Virus record (IMG/VR): IMGVR_UViG_3300020172_005639
Location: 32,001 to 96,000 of that record
DNA: 64,000 bases
Origin: a virus
Reading direction: 5' to 3' (one strand)
Part shown: positions 9,261 through 19,105 of the stretch, in pieces
Layout: every line of letters starts with the position of its first letter
Numbering within the stretch: position 1 is the first letter of the stretch
The notes under the pieces: generated by a model
Databases searched by the model: none
The model's input: only the letters and a program-made list of their open reading frames with translations
Told to the model about the DNA's origin: nothing
Program-made: the position numbers and the translations under genes

Positions 9261-9590
9261 TCAGGAGGGGATGCAAGCCTCGCACTTGCACCCCTCGCAG
9301 CATTGGTGCCCTGGGCAGCAGGAGCATGGGTCGCTATGAATCTTGAAGCACTTGCAGCAGTTTTTCGTGAGTCCGCAGCCCTTGCAACTTTTGCAGCTTT
9401 TGCAGCATATGCCGAGCTTTGAGCAAAAACAGCCATTTCCGCAACATTCGCAGCCGCAGTCGCATGGGACGCATGACTTCTTGATATAGATTTTTTTCTT
9501 CGTAAACCTCGCCTTGAAAATCTCAAACAGCGCCATGCCCGCAGCCACCGCAGATGAGATGGTCAGGAACTCTATCATGGCTTGTATCAT
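9261..9590 (-). CDS. Membrane-anchored Cys-rich metallothionein-like protein
   Basis: Hydrophobic N-terminal segment, Lys cluster, then 24 Cys in the last 70 aa; AGGGG SD. Confidence 0.65.
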   Translation of the reverse strand: MIQAMIEFLTISSAVAAGMALFEIFKARFTKKKIYIKKSCVPCDCGCECCGNGCFCSKLGICCKSCKSCKGCGLTKNCCKCFKIHSDPCSCCPGHQCCEGCKCEACIPS

Positions 9591-9636
9591 GCGCACCCCT
9601 ATGAAATGCTGTTTTATCACAAATATATAATCTGTC

Positions 9637-9918
9637 ATGGCTCAAAGAAAGAAGCACTTGGTCAACAAAGTCGCCAAGAAGCGATTTGATGGGAAGTGCA
9701 AGTTCTGTTCGTGTGATGTCTATGAGCTTCTTGATTTGCACCGGATCAAGGAGGGGTGTGACGGCGGGGCTTACACGGAGCCGAACACCGTCACTTGCTG
9801 TGCGAACTGCCACAGGCTGATACATGCCGGATATATAAAACTAGACAGGAAGTACCCCACTGTTTCGGGCAATTGGGTTCTTCACTACTGGATTGATGGG
9901 GTGGAGCACTATGACTGA
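9637..9918 (+). CDS. HNH endonuclease
   Basis: CKFC, LDLHRI, GGAY...N, CANCHRLIH. Confidence 0.85.
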   Translation: MAQRKKHLVNKVAKKRFDGKCKFCSCDVYELLDLHRIKEGCDGGAYTEPNTVTCCANCHRLIHAGYIKLDRKYPTVSGNWVLHYWIDGVEHYD

Positions 9919-9926
9919 AGGCCGAA

Positions 9927-10112
9927 ATGAAGACTTTTGAGGAATTCCTTAACGAGAGGGCCAAACCCCCTGGCTCCTTCACAAAGGCAAACAGCCCGAA
10001 CCGACTTCTGGCCAGGGGCGCATCGAGGCCTGCGTCCCCAACCAGACCCAAGTACGCTGGGCTGGCCATCACGAAAGTCTACCCTGTCGCTAAATTCGGC
10101 CGCACACTCTGA
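9927..10112 (+). CDS. Small basic protein with capsid-targeting-like N-terminus
   Basis: MKTFEEFLNE resembles T4 internal-protein N-termini. Confidence 0.65.
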   Translation: MKTFEEFLNERAKPPGSFTKANSPNRLLARGASRPASPTRPKYAGLAITKVYPVAKFGRTL

Positions 10113-10118
10113 TATCTC

Positions 10119-10709
10119 ATGGGTGTTTCGTATACAGGTGACGGCCTCACGGTCTTGATTTCATGCGACTGGATCGCCCAGCACGACTGGATGACATTCA
10201 TTTGCTGGCATTCTGTCCAGCAGAGTCTGCCAGACAGCAGGCTGCTGCTGGCTTGCAATCGGACAAAGATGGACTGCCACATGCTGACTTGGGCAAAGAG
10301 GGCCGGCGTGCCTATCATGACCAACAGGGCGGCCAGCCAATTCAATCAGGCAGACTGGGCCAGGGAAAGATTTGGAATTGACGGGCCCATTGTTGTCGCC
10401 CGCCCAGATGTCGCCTGCGTCAGGGATTTCGATGAGGCTGGGTTTGACAAGAATTCACTCGAGCGCACTCTGCTGCTTGATTTTTCGGGCGATCTTTGCA
10501 GCCCTGTCAAACAGGAAAATCCTACCGTATTCGTTAATTACCGTGACGGTTGGGGCAACTTTGTACCTTTTGAGTGGATAAATAGTGTCGAGCCTCCTTT
10601 GCTCGCCCGACGCGACTTCGGTTCCGTCGGAATGAGCTCCAACGAGGTGCGGATCTCGAGGCTGTGGAATTCGGCCGCCCTTTTGTACAAGACTTTATCA
10701 AGGGGATGA
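10119..10709 (+). CDS. Hypothetical protein (degenerate GT-like?)
   Basis: 196-aa ORF packed between neighbours. Confidence 0.6.
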   Translation: MGVSYTGDGLTVLISCDWIAQHDWMTFICWHSVQQSLPDSRLLLACNRTKMDCHMLTWAKRAGVPIMTNRAASQFNQADWARERFGIDGPIVVARPDVACVRDFDEAGFDKNSLERTLLLDFSGDLCSPVKQENPTVFVNYRDGWGNFVPFEWINSVEPPLLARRDFGSVGMSSNEVRISRLWNSAALLYKTLSRG

Positions 10710-10710
10710 T

Positions 10711-10986
10711 ATGAGAAGATTTGACTATGACGACAACGATGAGTTCCGTGAGGACGTCGATCGCTTCCTGAACGACAATGTCGACAAGTATGAGCAACTC
10801 GTGCAGGAAGAAATAGCGATGCAGGAGGCCCAGCTCGACATTGCGCACAGGGAAATCAACGTCAAGATTTTCAGGACTGCGATTCGCGTCTGCGAGAAGT
10901 CTTGGTTCTGGCCTTTTTACTCGCTCAACACTCGCTTGAAGATGATACATGAAACTGTCAAGCGCCTGAAAAAGCTCAACGACTGA
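10711..10986 (+). CDS. Hypothetical protein
   Basis: ORF with GGGGA SD. Confidence 0.65.
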   Translation: MRRFDYDDNDEFREDVDRFLNDNVDKYEQLVQEEIAMQEAQLDIAHREINVKIFRTAIRVCEKSWFWPFYSLNTRLKMIHETVKRLKKLND

Positions 10987-11010
10987 TTCAGGGTGCAGAA
11001 GAGGTGCAAT

Positions 11011-11346
11011 TTGCCGAATTTCTCTTTCTCATGCAAGAAGTGTTCTGCCAACTACTCGGACATAGTTCCGTTTGACCCGACGGGCAAGTACAAGGATGTG
11101 GCTTGCCCACGGTGCAAAAGCAAATCGAAGGTCAAGCTTATGACTACTTGCTCCTTCGCATTCGCTCAGCCCGAGGGGACTGACAAGTGGAACAGCGACT
11201 CGGCTGGTCATGACTATAGGTTCAAGCACAAGCTGCCTCAGGTGATTGAGGAGCGTAAGAACGCAGAACTCGCAAACCAAGGCGCGCTACCTTACAACCA
11301 GATAGACGATCTCGGCGACGACACTAACTGGGGTGACGTGAAGTAG
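11011..11346 (+). CDS. FmdB-like zinc-ribbon protein
   Basis: (M)PNFSFSCKKC...CPRCKS; TTG start after GAGGTG. Confidence 0.75.
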   Translation: MPNFSFSCKKCSANYSDIVPFDPTGKYKDVACPRCKSKSKVKLMTTCSFAFAQPEGTDKWNSDSAGHDYRFKHKLPQVIEERKNAELANQGALPYNQIDDLGDDTNWGDVK

Positions 11347-11371
11347 TGGTCGATATGATTAAATTTTTAAG

Positions 11372-11398
11372 AACCTAGCCTCACAGGCTAGGTTTTTT
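11372..11398 (+). terminator. Intrinsic terminator
   Basis: AACCTAGCCT-CAC-AGGCTAGGTT hairpin followed by a T run. Confidence 0.75.
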
Positions 11399-11455
11399 GT
11401 TTTGATATGGCCTTATAATGCTTACAAGGGCTGTCGATAATTTGGGGGTTTGCAC

Positions 11456-13534
11456 ATGATCAGCGTATTCAAGAAAGTCGTCGGCGGGTTTGACCGAGCA
11501 TCGTTCCTTAACCTGAACACAGAGATGAGCTTCGCTGAGTATCTGGAGTTCTGCTATCAGAAACCTAGGCTGCTGCGAAACTCCTGGCAGATTATCTTCG
11601 ACATGATCACCGAGAAGGGCAGCGTGACGGTCGAGGAGTATCGCAAGACATACCAGAATTACAAGTTCTTCGACGATCCTGATTGCCCGATCATTGGCTT
11701 GGTCCCCATGAAGGACGCCATCGTCAAGTTTATCAAGGGGGCCGCAGGAGGCTACGGAACGGAGAAACGCATACTGCTGCTGCATGGCCCCGTGGGCAGC
11801 TCGAAGTCAACTTTGTGCAGACTAATTAAGCGCAGCATGGAGAAATACTCAAGGACCGACGCAGGGGCTTGGTATTCCTTTAAGTGGGTTAACTTGCCAA
11901 CAGGCGCCGAGGGAATCTACACGGATTCCGAGTGCTTCTGCCCGATGCACGAGCAGCCCCTGAAGCTCTTGCCCATCGATCTGCGCCGTGGCGTCATGGT
12001 CGAGTTAAACGCCATCCATGAGAAGCAGGTGGTTGAGGAGAAGCGCGCAGACCTTTACACCCTGAAGTGCGAGGACGAGCTCGACCCGCTCTGCAAGAGG
12101 TTCATGAGTCTTCTTCTCAAGAAGTACGAGGGCGACCTCGAAAAAGTCCTTGAGAACCATGTTCGCGTCGTCCGCAAGGTCTACAGCGAGGCCGACCGCT
12201 GCGGCATCGCAACTTTCCAGCCGAAGGACGAGAAAAACCAGGACAGCACAGAACTCACTGGCGACCTGAACTTCCGCCAGATCGGCAACTTCGGCAGCGA
12301 CTCCGACCCGAGGGCCTTCAGCTTCGACGGCGAGTTCTGCGTAGGCAACCGTGGGATCATCGAGTTCATTGAGGCTCTCAAGCTCGATACCGCCTTCCTC
12401 TACGACCTCCTTGGCGCAAGCCAGGAGCAGAGCATCAAGCCGAAGAAGTTCAGCCAGGTCAGCATCGACGAGGCGATTATCGCTCACACGAATGACCCGG
12501 AGTTTCAGAAGCTCAAGAGCAACCAGTACATGGAGGCTTTCAGGGACCGGACCACCAAGATTGATGTCCCATACACGCTGAAGTGGTCCGAGGAGTTGAA
12601 GATTCTTGAGAAGGACTACGGCCCAGGCAAGGTGCGCCAGCACATTGCCCCCCACACCTTGGAGATCGCCGCCCTATGGAGCATCCTCACACGCCTCGAG
12701 GACGACAAGGACGGCAAGCTCTCACTTGTTGAGAAGGCCGAACTCTATGACGGCAAGCTTCTGCCTGGCTGGACTGAGGACTCCGTGAAGGAGCTCAAGG
12801 ACAAGTGCCCCGACGAGGGAATGCAGGGCGGGGTGAGCGTCCGATACCTACAGGACAAGATCAGCAACTGCCTGTCAAACAACCATGACTACGTCAACAT
12901 GTTCATGGTCCTCAACGAGTTGCGCGACGGCCTCGAACACAGCTCGCTGCTGACCAACAAGGAGCAGGTCAGCCGCTTCATCACCTGCATAGACCTAGCT
13001 CTGAAGAAGCTGACCGAAATCCTTAAGACGGAGGTGCAAAAGGCACTTGTGGGCGACGAAGAAGCAATCAAGAGGCTGTGCGCCAACTATATCGACAATG
13101 TAATGGCCTATATCTCCAAGAGCAAGATCAAGGACTTGATCACGGGCCAGGATCGAAAGCCTGACGAGAGACTGATGCGGGCCATAGAGGAGAAGATCCA
13201 GATTCCCGATACTGGCTGCGATGACTTCCGCAGGCAGATATCCTCTTTCATCGGGCACCTCGCCCATGAAGGCAAGAGCTTCCATTGGGACAGCAACCCG
13301 AAACTGCGCAAAGCCCTAGAGGCCAAGCTATTTGAGGATGTCAAAGACACCATCAAGCTGTCTGCTCTAAACGTGAGCGGAGCAACGGTCGTCGACAAGG
13401 ACATTCAAGAGAAGATCGATGCAGTCAAGACAAGGCTCATCAAGAAGTATGGCTACAACGAGCGCAGCGCCACGGATGTCCTCGATTTCGTCGGGGGCAT
13501 ATTCGCACGGGGCGACCTCGCCGAAGACGAGTAA
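11456..13534 (+). CDS. prkA: PrkA/YeaG family AAA+ (annotated serine protein kinase)
   Basis: [64 protein letters not shown]. Confidence 0.95.
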   Translation: MISVFKKVVGGFDRASFLNLNTEMSFAEYLEFCYQKPRLLRNSWQIIFDMITEKGSVTVEEYRKTYQNYKFFDDPDCPIIGLVPMKDAIVKFIKGAAGGYGTEKRILLLHGPVGSSKSTLCRLIKRSMEKYSRTDAGAWYSFKWVNLPTGAEGIYTDSECFCPMHEQPLKLLPIDLRRGVMVELNAIHEKQVVEEKRADLYTLKCEDELDPLCKRFMSLLLKKYEGDLEKVLENHVRVVRKVYSEADRCGIATFQPKDEKNQDSTELTGDLNFRQIGNFGSDSDPRAFSFDGEFCVGNRGIIEFIEALKLDTAFLYDLLGASQEQSIKPKKFSQVSIDEAIIAHTNDPEFQKLKSNQYMEAFRDRTTKIDVPYTLKWSEELKILEKDYGPGKVRQHIAPHTLEIAALWSILTRLEDDKDGKLSLVEKAELYDGKLLPGWTEDSVKELKDKCPDEGMQGGVSVRYLQDKISNCLSNNHDYVNMFMVLNELRDGLEHSSLLTNKEQVSRFITCIDLALKKLTEILKTEVQKALVGDEEAIKRLCANYIDNVMAYISKSKIKDLITGQDRKPDERLMRAIEEKIQIPDTGCDDFRRQISSFIGHLAHEGKSFHWDSNPKLRKALEAKLFEDVKDTIKLSALNVSGATVVDKDIQEKIDAVKTRLIKKYGYNERSATDVLDFVGGIFARGDLAEDE

Positions 13535-13546
13535 CAGGAGGCACCC

Positions 13547-13762
13547 ATGAACAATCCGTGGCTCATAAGCGCGTCCAAAAAGAAGATGTTTGAGGAGATC
13601 GACCAAATCGCCCTCAACATCTGGGGGCAGGACGGCACGCTCAGCGACTTTTTCGCGTCCCTGACTGACGAGCAGACTGATTTTCTCTTCGCCATGAAGA
13701 TTAAGGACTTCGCAAGCGACCCAATGGACCTGTCCTGCGGGTTTGAGCTTATACAACCGTGA
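13547..13762 (+). CDS. Hypothetical protein
   Basis: Strong AGGAGG SD, 71 aa. Confidence 0.65.
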   Translation: MNNPWLISASKKKMFEEIDQIALNIWGQDGTLSDFFASLTDEQTDFLFAMKIKDFASDPMDLSCGFELIQP

Positions 13763-13769
13763 GGTCGAA

Positions 13770-14594
13770 GTGAAGCATAATCTGCTGCTGGGAAACTCCA
13801 AGGGCTACAGCCTCGGGCAAATCAGGAACTGGCTGGTCAGCGCAATCAGGCACAGGGGCTCCTACGACATAGGCCTGCTGCTCTGCGACAATGACGCCGA
13901 GATTCTAGACTTCTGCGACGCTCACGGAGTCTATGTCTACCCCCACTTCGACCTCGCCGTGAGCGGGCAGGAATACTACTTTGCAAGGTGCGGCCTAGTT
14001 TCTGAAACCTTGAAGAAGGCTTCGACCACATATGTTCTTGCGACAGATATTAGGGATGTGGTTTTCCAGCGCGACCCCTTTCCCGATTTTATGCAGGCCC
14101 TCAATTACAAGAAGGGCGTCCTTACATCCGAGAATATTCTCTTGAGGGACGAACCTTGGAACATTAAGGTCTATAAAGAGATATACGGCGAGGAGAGTTT
14201 TGACGCCGTGAGTGACAAGGAGGTAATCAACAGCGGCGTTGTTTTTGGCGAGTCTATGTTTCTTTCAGAGATATTTATGATGCTGCAGGACGCAGCTAGG
14301 ATGCCGAACGCATGGGCAGAGCAGCCAGTGCTCAACCATCTTTATCACCAGTTCAGCATCATCAGGGACAACTTCAGCCTCGCAAATGCTGACGACAGGC
14401 TGGTTGCCCATATCGGCGTTTCGGGTCCGACCAATTGGTGGGAGTCATGGAACTTCAAGAAAAATCTTATTCGGGGCAGATCCGAGATTTGCGACGGCAT
14501 AATCACCGACGCGCATGGTGAGGCTTTTGCCATAGCCCACCAGTATGACAGAGTGGATGAATGGCGTCAGCAGGTCGATGCCATTTACGCCTGA
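13770..14594 (+). CDS. Glycosyltransferase-like (GT-A) protein
   Basis: TDIRDVVFQRDPF, INSGV, EQPVLN, HQYDR motifs. Confidence 0.75.
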   Translation: MKHNLLLGNSKGYSLGQIRNWLVSAIRHRGSYDIGLLLCDNDAEILDFCDAHGVYVYPHFDLAVSGQEYYFARCGLVSETLKKASTTYVLATDIRDVVFQRDPFPDFMQALNYKKGVLTSENILLRDEPWNIKVYKEIYGEESFDAVSDKEVINSGVVFGESMFLSEIFMMLQDAARMPNAWAEQPVLNHLYHQFSIIRDNFSLANADDRLVAHIGVSGPTNWWESWNFKKNLIRGRSEICDGIITDAHGEAFAIAHQYDRVDEWRQQVDAIYA

Positions 14595-14626
14595 AGTCGC
14601 ACTGGGTTTTATTGAGGAATCAAAAC

Positions 14627-15832
14627 ATGTGTCCCAGAAGAATAGAAGAGGATCACAAAGACTTTCGCGACGTAGTTTCCGGGCGAATCCGTAGGGAGCT
14701 GAAGAAGTTCATCAAGAGCGGCCAGATAGTCCGTAAGAGGGGCAAGAACGGCAAGATCAGCATCAGCATACCGAAGATCGACATCCCCCACATAGTGTAT
14801 GGCTCAAACGGCGAGGGCGCAGGCCGTGGCCCAGGCCAGGAGGGCGACGTAATCGGGAAGGATCCGGCCAAAGGCAAGGGGAATGGCGCCGGACAGGGCG
14901 AGTCAGAGGGCATCATCATCAACTTGACCCTTGAGGATGTCCTCAAGTTCATGCAGGACGAGCTTCAGCTCCCGAACCTCAAGAGGAAGCCCAATGAAAT
15001 TTACGACGAGGTCAAGATCAAGTACAACAAGATCAGCCTCATCGGCCCCGAATCGCTGCGCCACAACCGCCGGACTCTGATGCAGACATTGAAGCGTCAG
15101 GCCGCCGAGGGAACGCTCGACAAGCTTGAACACGTGCCTGGGCTGAAGGATGCCGTTCGCATCCTCCGCCCCATCAGCGAGGACAAGAGGTACAGGCAGT
15201 ACAACGAGATCAAGCTTCCGTCCAGCAACGCCCTCATCGTGTTTGCGCGCGACGGCTCTGGCTCTATGGATGAGGCGAAGTGTTCCATCGTCAGCGACAT
15301 GGCTTGGTGGATAGACACCTGGATACGCAGGTTCTATGAACGGGTGGACAGGTTGTATGTCTGGCACGACAGCACGGCTATGGAGGTCGACGAGGACAAG
15401 TTTTACAAGTACAGGTTCGGCGGCGGCACGACTTGCTCCTCGGCCCTGAAGTTCATCACCAAGCAGTTTGAGAACAGGTACACGCCGGACAAGTGGAATG
15501 TCTATGTTTTCTACTTCACGGATGGCGAGAACTGGGGCGAAGACAACGAGGTCTTCATCAACACACTCGCAGACGATTTCAAGCCTCACGTGGTGAACTT
15601 CACGGGCATCACTCAGATACTCGCTGCCAGCTACTCTGACTCAGTCAAGTACCATGTGGATGAGGCGATCAAAAGCGGCAGGCTGGACGGTGACTGCGTC
15701 AGGACAGTATCGATCGGCGGTGCTACGGACAACAAGTCTGCGTGGTCTATTTCCTCGCTGAGCGAGGACAACCGTAACCAGCAGATCATCGAGGCGATCC
15801 AGCAACTTCTTGGGAACCCCGCAAGGGCTTAG
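14627..15832 (+). CDS. yeaH: YeaH/YhbH (DUF444) vWA-domain protein
   Basis: Gly-rich GQG region, LQLPNL, RDGSGSM (MIDAS), GGTTCSSA, WNVY.FYFTDGENW. Confidence 0.92.
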   Translation: MCPRRIEEDHKDFRDVVSGRIRRELKKFIKSGQIVRKRGKNGKISISIPKIDIPHIVYGSNGEGAGRGPGQEGDVIGKDPAKGKGNGAGQGESEGIIINLTLEDVLKFMQDELQLPNLKRKPNEIYDEVKIKYNKISLIGPESLRHNRRTLMQTLKRQAAEGTLDKLEHVPGLKDAVRILRPISEDKRYRQYNEIKLPSSNALIVFARDGSGSMDEAKCSIVSDMAWWIDTWIRRFYERVDRLYVWHDSTAMEVDEDKFYKYRFGGGTTCSSALKFITKQFENRYTPDKWNVYVFYFTDGENWGEDNEVFINTLADDFKPHVVNFTGITQILAASYSDSVKYHVDEAIKSGRLDGDCVRTVSIGGATDNKSAWSISSLSEDNRNQQIIEAIQQLLGNPARA

Positions 15833-15841
15833 GGGGACGCA

Positions 15842-17440
15842 ATGTCCAGCAAGTTTTTCCATGGCTCCAGCGTGCTTTTGGGCGACAACACCGTTCCAGG
15901 GGTGCAGCTTACTCCAGAGCTGAAGAAGTACATACCGATGGTCCTCAAGGCATGCAAGGATTGGGGGCTGGATTTCAATCCGACCGTGGTTCAACTGCTG
16001 ACCTATGACGAGATCAGCGAGATCGCAGCATACGGGGGATTCCCTGTCCGCTTTCCGCACTGGTCCTTCGGCATGGAGTACGAAGAGCTCCAGCGTGGGT
16101 ACGAGTTTGGTGCTCACAAAATATATGAAATGGTTATCAATAGCAATCCCTGCTATATCTACAACCTTTCGAGCAACACACTTGCGGACCACCTCACCGT
16201 GGTTGCGCACGCCACAGGCCACAACGACTTCTTCAAGAACAACATACACTTTTCAGCGACCGACACGAACATGCTGAACAAGATGGCCAACCACGGCACA
16301 AGGATTAGGAAGTACATAGCCAGGTGGGGCAAGGAGAGGGTTACTGAGTTCCTTGACCACGTCATGAGGCTCGAAACGCTCATCGATGGTGCAGAGGCGT
16401 GGACTGAGCGAGTTGTAAAGGAACCGAACATTCGCGATGAGCGCAAGTACAGGAAGCCTCACAGGCTGACCGTCGACAAGAGCCGCATGTACATGGAGCC
16501 ATTCCTCAACACCTCCGACTTCCGGCGGCGCGAGAACGAGAGGGTTCATGAGAGAGACCTTGCCGACGAGTTGGGAATCTTCCGGAACCCAACCAAGAAC
16601 ATACTGGGCTTTCTGCGCGACAATGCCCCGCTCAAGCCATGGCAGGCCGACATAGTCGCCATGCTTTATGAGGAGGCGATGTACTTCTATCCGCAGCGCC
16701 AGACCAAGGTTCTGAACGAGGGGTGGGCCTCCACAGTCGACAGCGTCATCATGGCTGAGAACGGGCTGATCGGCTTGGGACAGTCAAGTCACGACTGCGG
16801 CATAGTCGAGTATTCCGCCCATAAGATGGGCGTCCTTGGCGGCAAGTACTCGACCAACCCCTACAAGCTGGGCTACTATCTCTTGGCAGATATCAGGGAG
16901 AGATGGGATAAGGGCCGTTTTGGCCAGGAGTGGGAGGAGTGCACGGACCTGCACAAGAAGGAGAACTGGGACCTCCCGACCAATCTGGGCAAGGACAAGA
17001 TTTTCGAGGTCAGGAAGTACTACGACGACCTAACCTTCATCCATGAGTTCTTCACCGAGGACTTCTGCCGCAAGCAGGAGTACTTCTATTGGAAGCACTA
17101 CCCGAACGGCGAATACAGGATAGAGAGCAGGGACTTCCTGAAGATCAAGCGTTCGCTGATGAGAAAGCACATCAACGGCGGATTGCCCGACATCAAACTT
17201 GCAGAGCCGAACTATGCGGGCCGTGGCATCATGATGCTCCAGCACGAACACGATGGCAGGGAGCTGTATCTGCCCTATATCTCGGATGTGCTTGCTTCCA
17301 TCAGGGCAATCTGGAATAATGACGTGATCCTCAGCACCGTCGCCGACTCTGGTGAGGAGGTCATCTTCTACGCCAGCGGCTCGATGCCAGAGCGCGTCGA
17401 TAGCATGACGAGGAAAAAGTTCGACGCAATGATGGGCTGA
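15842..17440 (+). CDS. spoVR: SpoVR/YcgB family protein
   Basis: GFPVRFPHWSFG, KIYEMVINSNPC, AHATGHNDFFKNN, PQRQTKVLNEGWAS, NPYKLG. Confidence 0.95.
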   Translation: MSSKFFHGSSVLLGDNTVPGVQLTPELKKYIPMVLKACKDWGLDFNPTVVQLLTYDEISEIAAYGGFPVRFPHWSFGMEYEELQRGYEFGAHKIYEMVINSNPCYIYNLSSNTLADHLTVVAHATGHNDFFKNNIHFSATDTNMLNKMANHGTRIRKYIARWGKERVTEFLDHVMRLETLIDGAEAWTERVVKEPNIRDERKYRKPHRLTVDKSRMYMEPFLNTSDFRRRENERVHERDLADELGIFRNPTKNILGFLRDNAPLKPWQADIVAMLYEEAMYFYPQRQTKVLNEGWASTVDSVIMAENGLIGLGQSSHDCGIVEYSAHKMGVLGGKYSTNPYKLGYYLLADIRERWDKGRFGQEWEECTDLHKKENWDLPTNLGKDKIFEVRKYYDDLTFIHEFFTEDFCRKQEYFYWKHYPNGEYRIESRDFLKIKRSLMRKHINGGLPDIKLAEPNYAGRGIMMLQHEHDGRELYLPYISDVLASIRAIWNNDVILSTVADSGEEVIFYASGSMPERVDSMTRKKFDAMMG

Positions 17441-17441
17441 C

Positions 17442-17690
17442 ATGGAGGAAACTGACATGGAAGAGACTAATCTGCTCCTTACCCAGGAGTTCATCGCCTT
17501 CTCCGACAAGATAAAGTCTATCTTTGAAGAGAAAAGCTCTAAAAAGGCGGAACTCAAGGCCTTTTTTGAGAAGATCACCGCCGAGATTAAGGGGCTAGAC
17601 GCCAAGGCCAAAGCCGCCGAGGACGATTTTAACGCTTGGAAGAAGTCCCAGTCGGCCAACCAAGAGGCTGCCCCCAAGACCAAGTCCTGA
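17442..17690 (+). CDS. Hypothetical coiled-coil protein
   Basis: 82-aa charged helical ORF abutting spoVR. Confidence 0.65.
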   Translation: MEETDMEETNLLLTQEFIAFSDKIKSIFEEKSSKKAELKAFFEKITAEIKGLDAKAKAAEDDFNAWKKSQSANQEAAPKTKS

Positions 17691-17707
17691 ATGCCGTAAG
17701 GGCCGAT

Positions 17708-19105
17708 ATGCAGCCTAAGATAGTCGGCTTTGAGCACCTCCATCTTCACACCGATAACTCCCTCCTCGATGGTTACGGGATGGTGGAGGAGTATGCTCAT
17801 CGCGCCCCCAAGATAAACCAGAAGTTCCTTACAGTCAGTGACCACGGGATGCTGGGGGCAATCCCGAGGCAGATCAGGGCTTGCGAAAAGGCGTGCGAGT
17901 CTAAGGGCAAAGACGCCCTGAGTCCGATCTTTGCGTGCGAGCTCTATGTCAACAGCCTGCAGCCAGAATCTGACAGCCTAGATGACGTGAGGGCTTTCAT
18001 TTCCACTTTGGATGATTCGCAAAAGTCTAGGTTCAAGAGCAGCGCGCACCTTCTAGCCATCGCCTACAACGAAACGGGCTACAAGAACCTTGTCCGGCTT
18101 TCCTCCTGGGGCTGGACGAGGGGCTTCTATGGGCGGCCTCGAGTGAATCACGAGCAGCTCCTGAAGCACAAGGAGGGATTATTCTTCACGAGCTGCTGCT
18201 ACAACAGCGAGATAGGCCGTGCGTTCGACTCAGGCGGCGAGGAGCTCGGGTTCGACATGGTCGAGCGCTACATCGAGATGTTTGGCAAGGATCATTTCTT
18301 TCTTGAGATCATGCTGCTTGACTTCAAGAAGCAAAAACCCTATGACGCATTCATCATCAAGGCGCACCAGAAGTACGGACTGAAGGTCATAGTGACACAG
18401 GACGTCCACTACTGCAACAAGGAGGACAGCAAATATCAGAGGCTCATGCTGATGGTGCAGACCGGCAAGACCGTAAGGCAGATAGAGGAGGCGCTGCGCG
18501 AGAACAGCGGCTATGACGCGTTTGAGTTGCAGGACAGCAACCTTTGGATGAAGTCGGAGGAGGAGCTAAATGAGAAGTGGGTTTCCGACTACATGGAGGT
18601 CGTTCCCTATGAGGTCTTCCAGCAGGCAAAGCTCAACACCGTCGAAATCTGCAACAAGGCCAAGGGCGTTAAGCTTGATAGGAGCCTTAAGTTGCCGAAC
18701 ATACCCGACGCAGATGACATACTGCGCGACGAGGTAAAGAGCGGCTTCTTCGCTAGGCGACTTCCCAAGAACAAGGTATACCTTGACAGGCTCAAGGAGG
18801 AGCTGAGCCTGATCACGCGCAAGGGCTTCGCAAGCTACTTCCTTATCCAGAAGATGATGACAGACGAGGCTAGGCGCGTCTGCTCCGACATCATAGGTTT
18901 CGGCGATGGAACCCAGGCGGTCGGTCCCGGGCGTGGTTCTGCGGTAGGCGCGCTTGTCTGCTACTGCCTCGGTATTACTTCCGTCGATCCAGTTAGGGAA
19001 GGACTGCTCTTCAGCCGATTTCTTAGTGAGGCCAGAGGTGGTAGGTCGCTTCAGTTGAGGTTCAGGAACATGGACCCGCTGCCGCCCGATCAAGCATTCA
19101 GCTGA
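17708..19105 (+). CDS. dnaE: DNA polymerase III alpha, N-terminal part (PHP domain + first palm segment)
   Basis: HLHLHT..SLLDG, SDHG, CELY, HLLA, SCC, DVHY, GFASYFL, GPGRGSAVG, LLFSRFL; ends before PDID. Confidence 0.93.
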   Translation: MQPKIVGFEHLHLHTDNSLLDGYGMVEEYAHRAPKINQKFLTVSDHGMLGAIPRQIRACEKACESKGKDALSPIFACELYVNSLQPESDSLDDVRAFISTLDDSQKSRFKSSAHLLAIAYNETGYKNLVRLSSWGWTRGFYGRPRVNHEQLLKHKEGLFFTSCCYNSEIGRAFDSGGEELGFDMVERYIEMFGKDHFFLEIMLLDFKKQKPYDAFIIKAHQKYGLKVIVTQDVHYCNKEDSKYQRLMLMVQTGKTVRQIEEALRENSGYDAFELQDSNLWMKSEEELNEKWVSDYMEVVPYEVFQQAKLNTVEICNKAKGVKLDRSLKLPNIPDADDILRDEVKSGFFARRLPKNKVYLDRLKEELSLITRKGFASYFLIQKMMTDEARRVCSDIIGFGDGTQAVGPGRGSAVGALVCYCLGITSVDPVREGLLFSRFLSEARGGRSLQLRFRNMDPLPPDQAFS

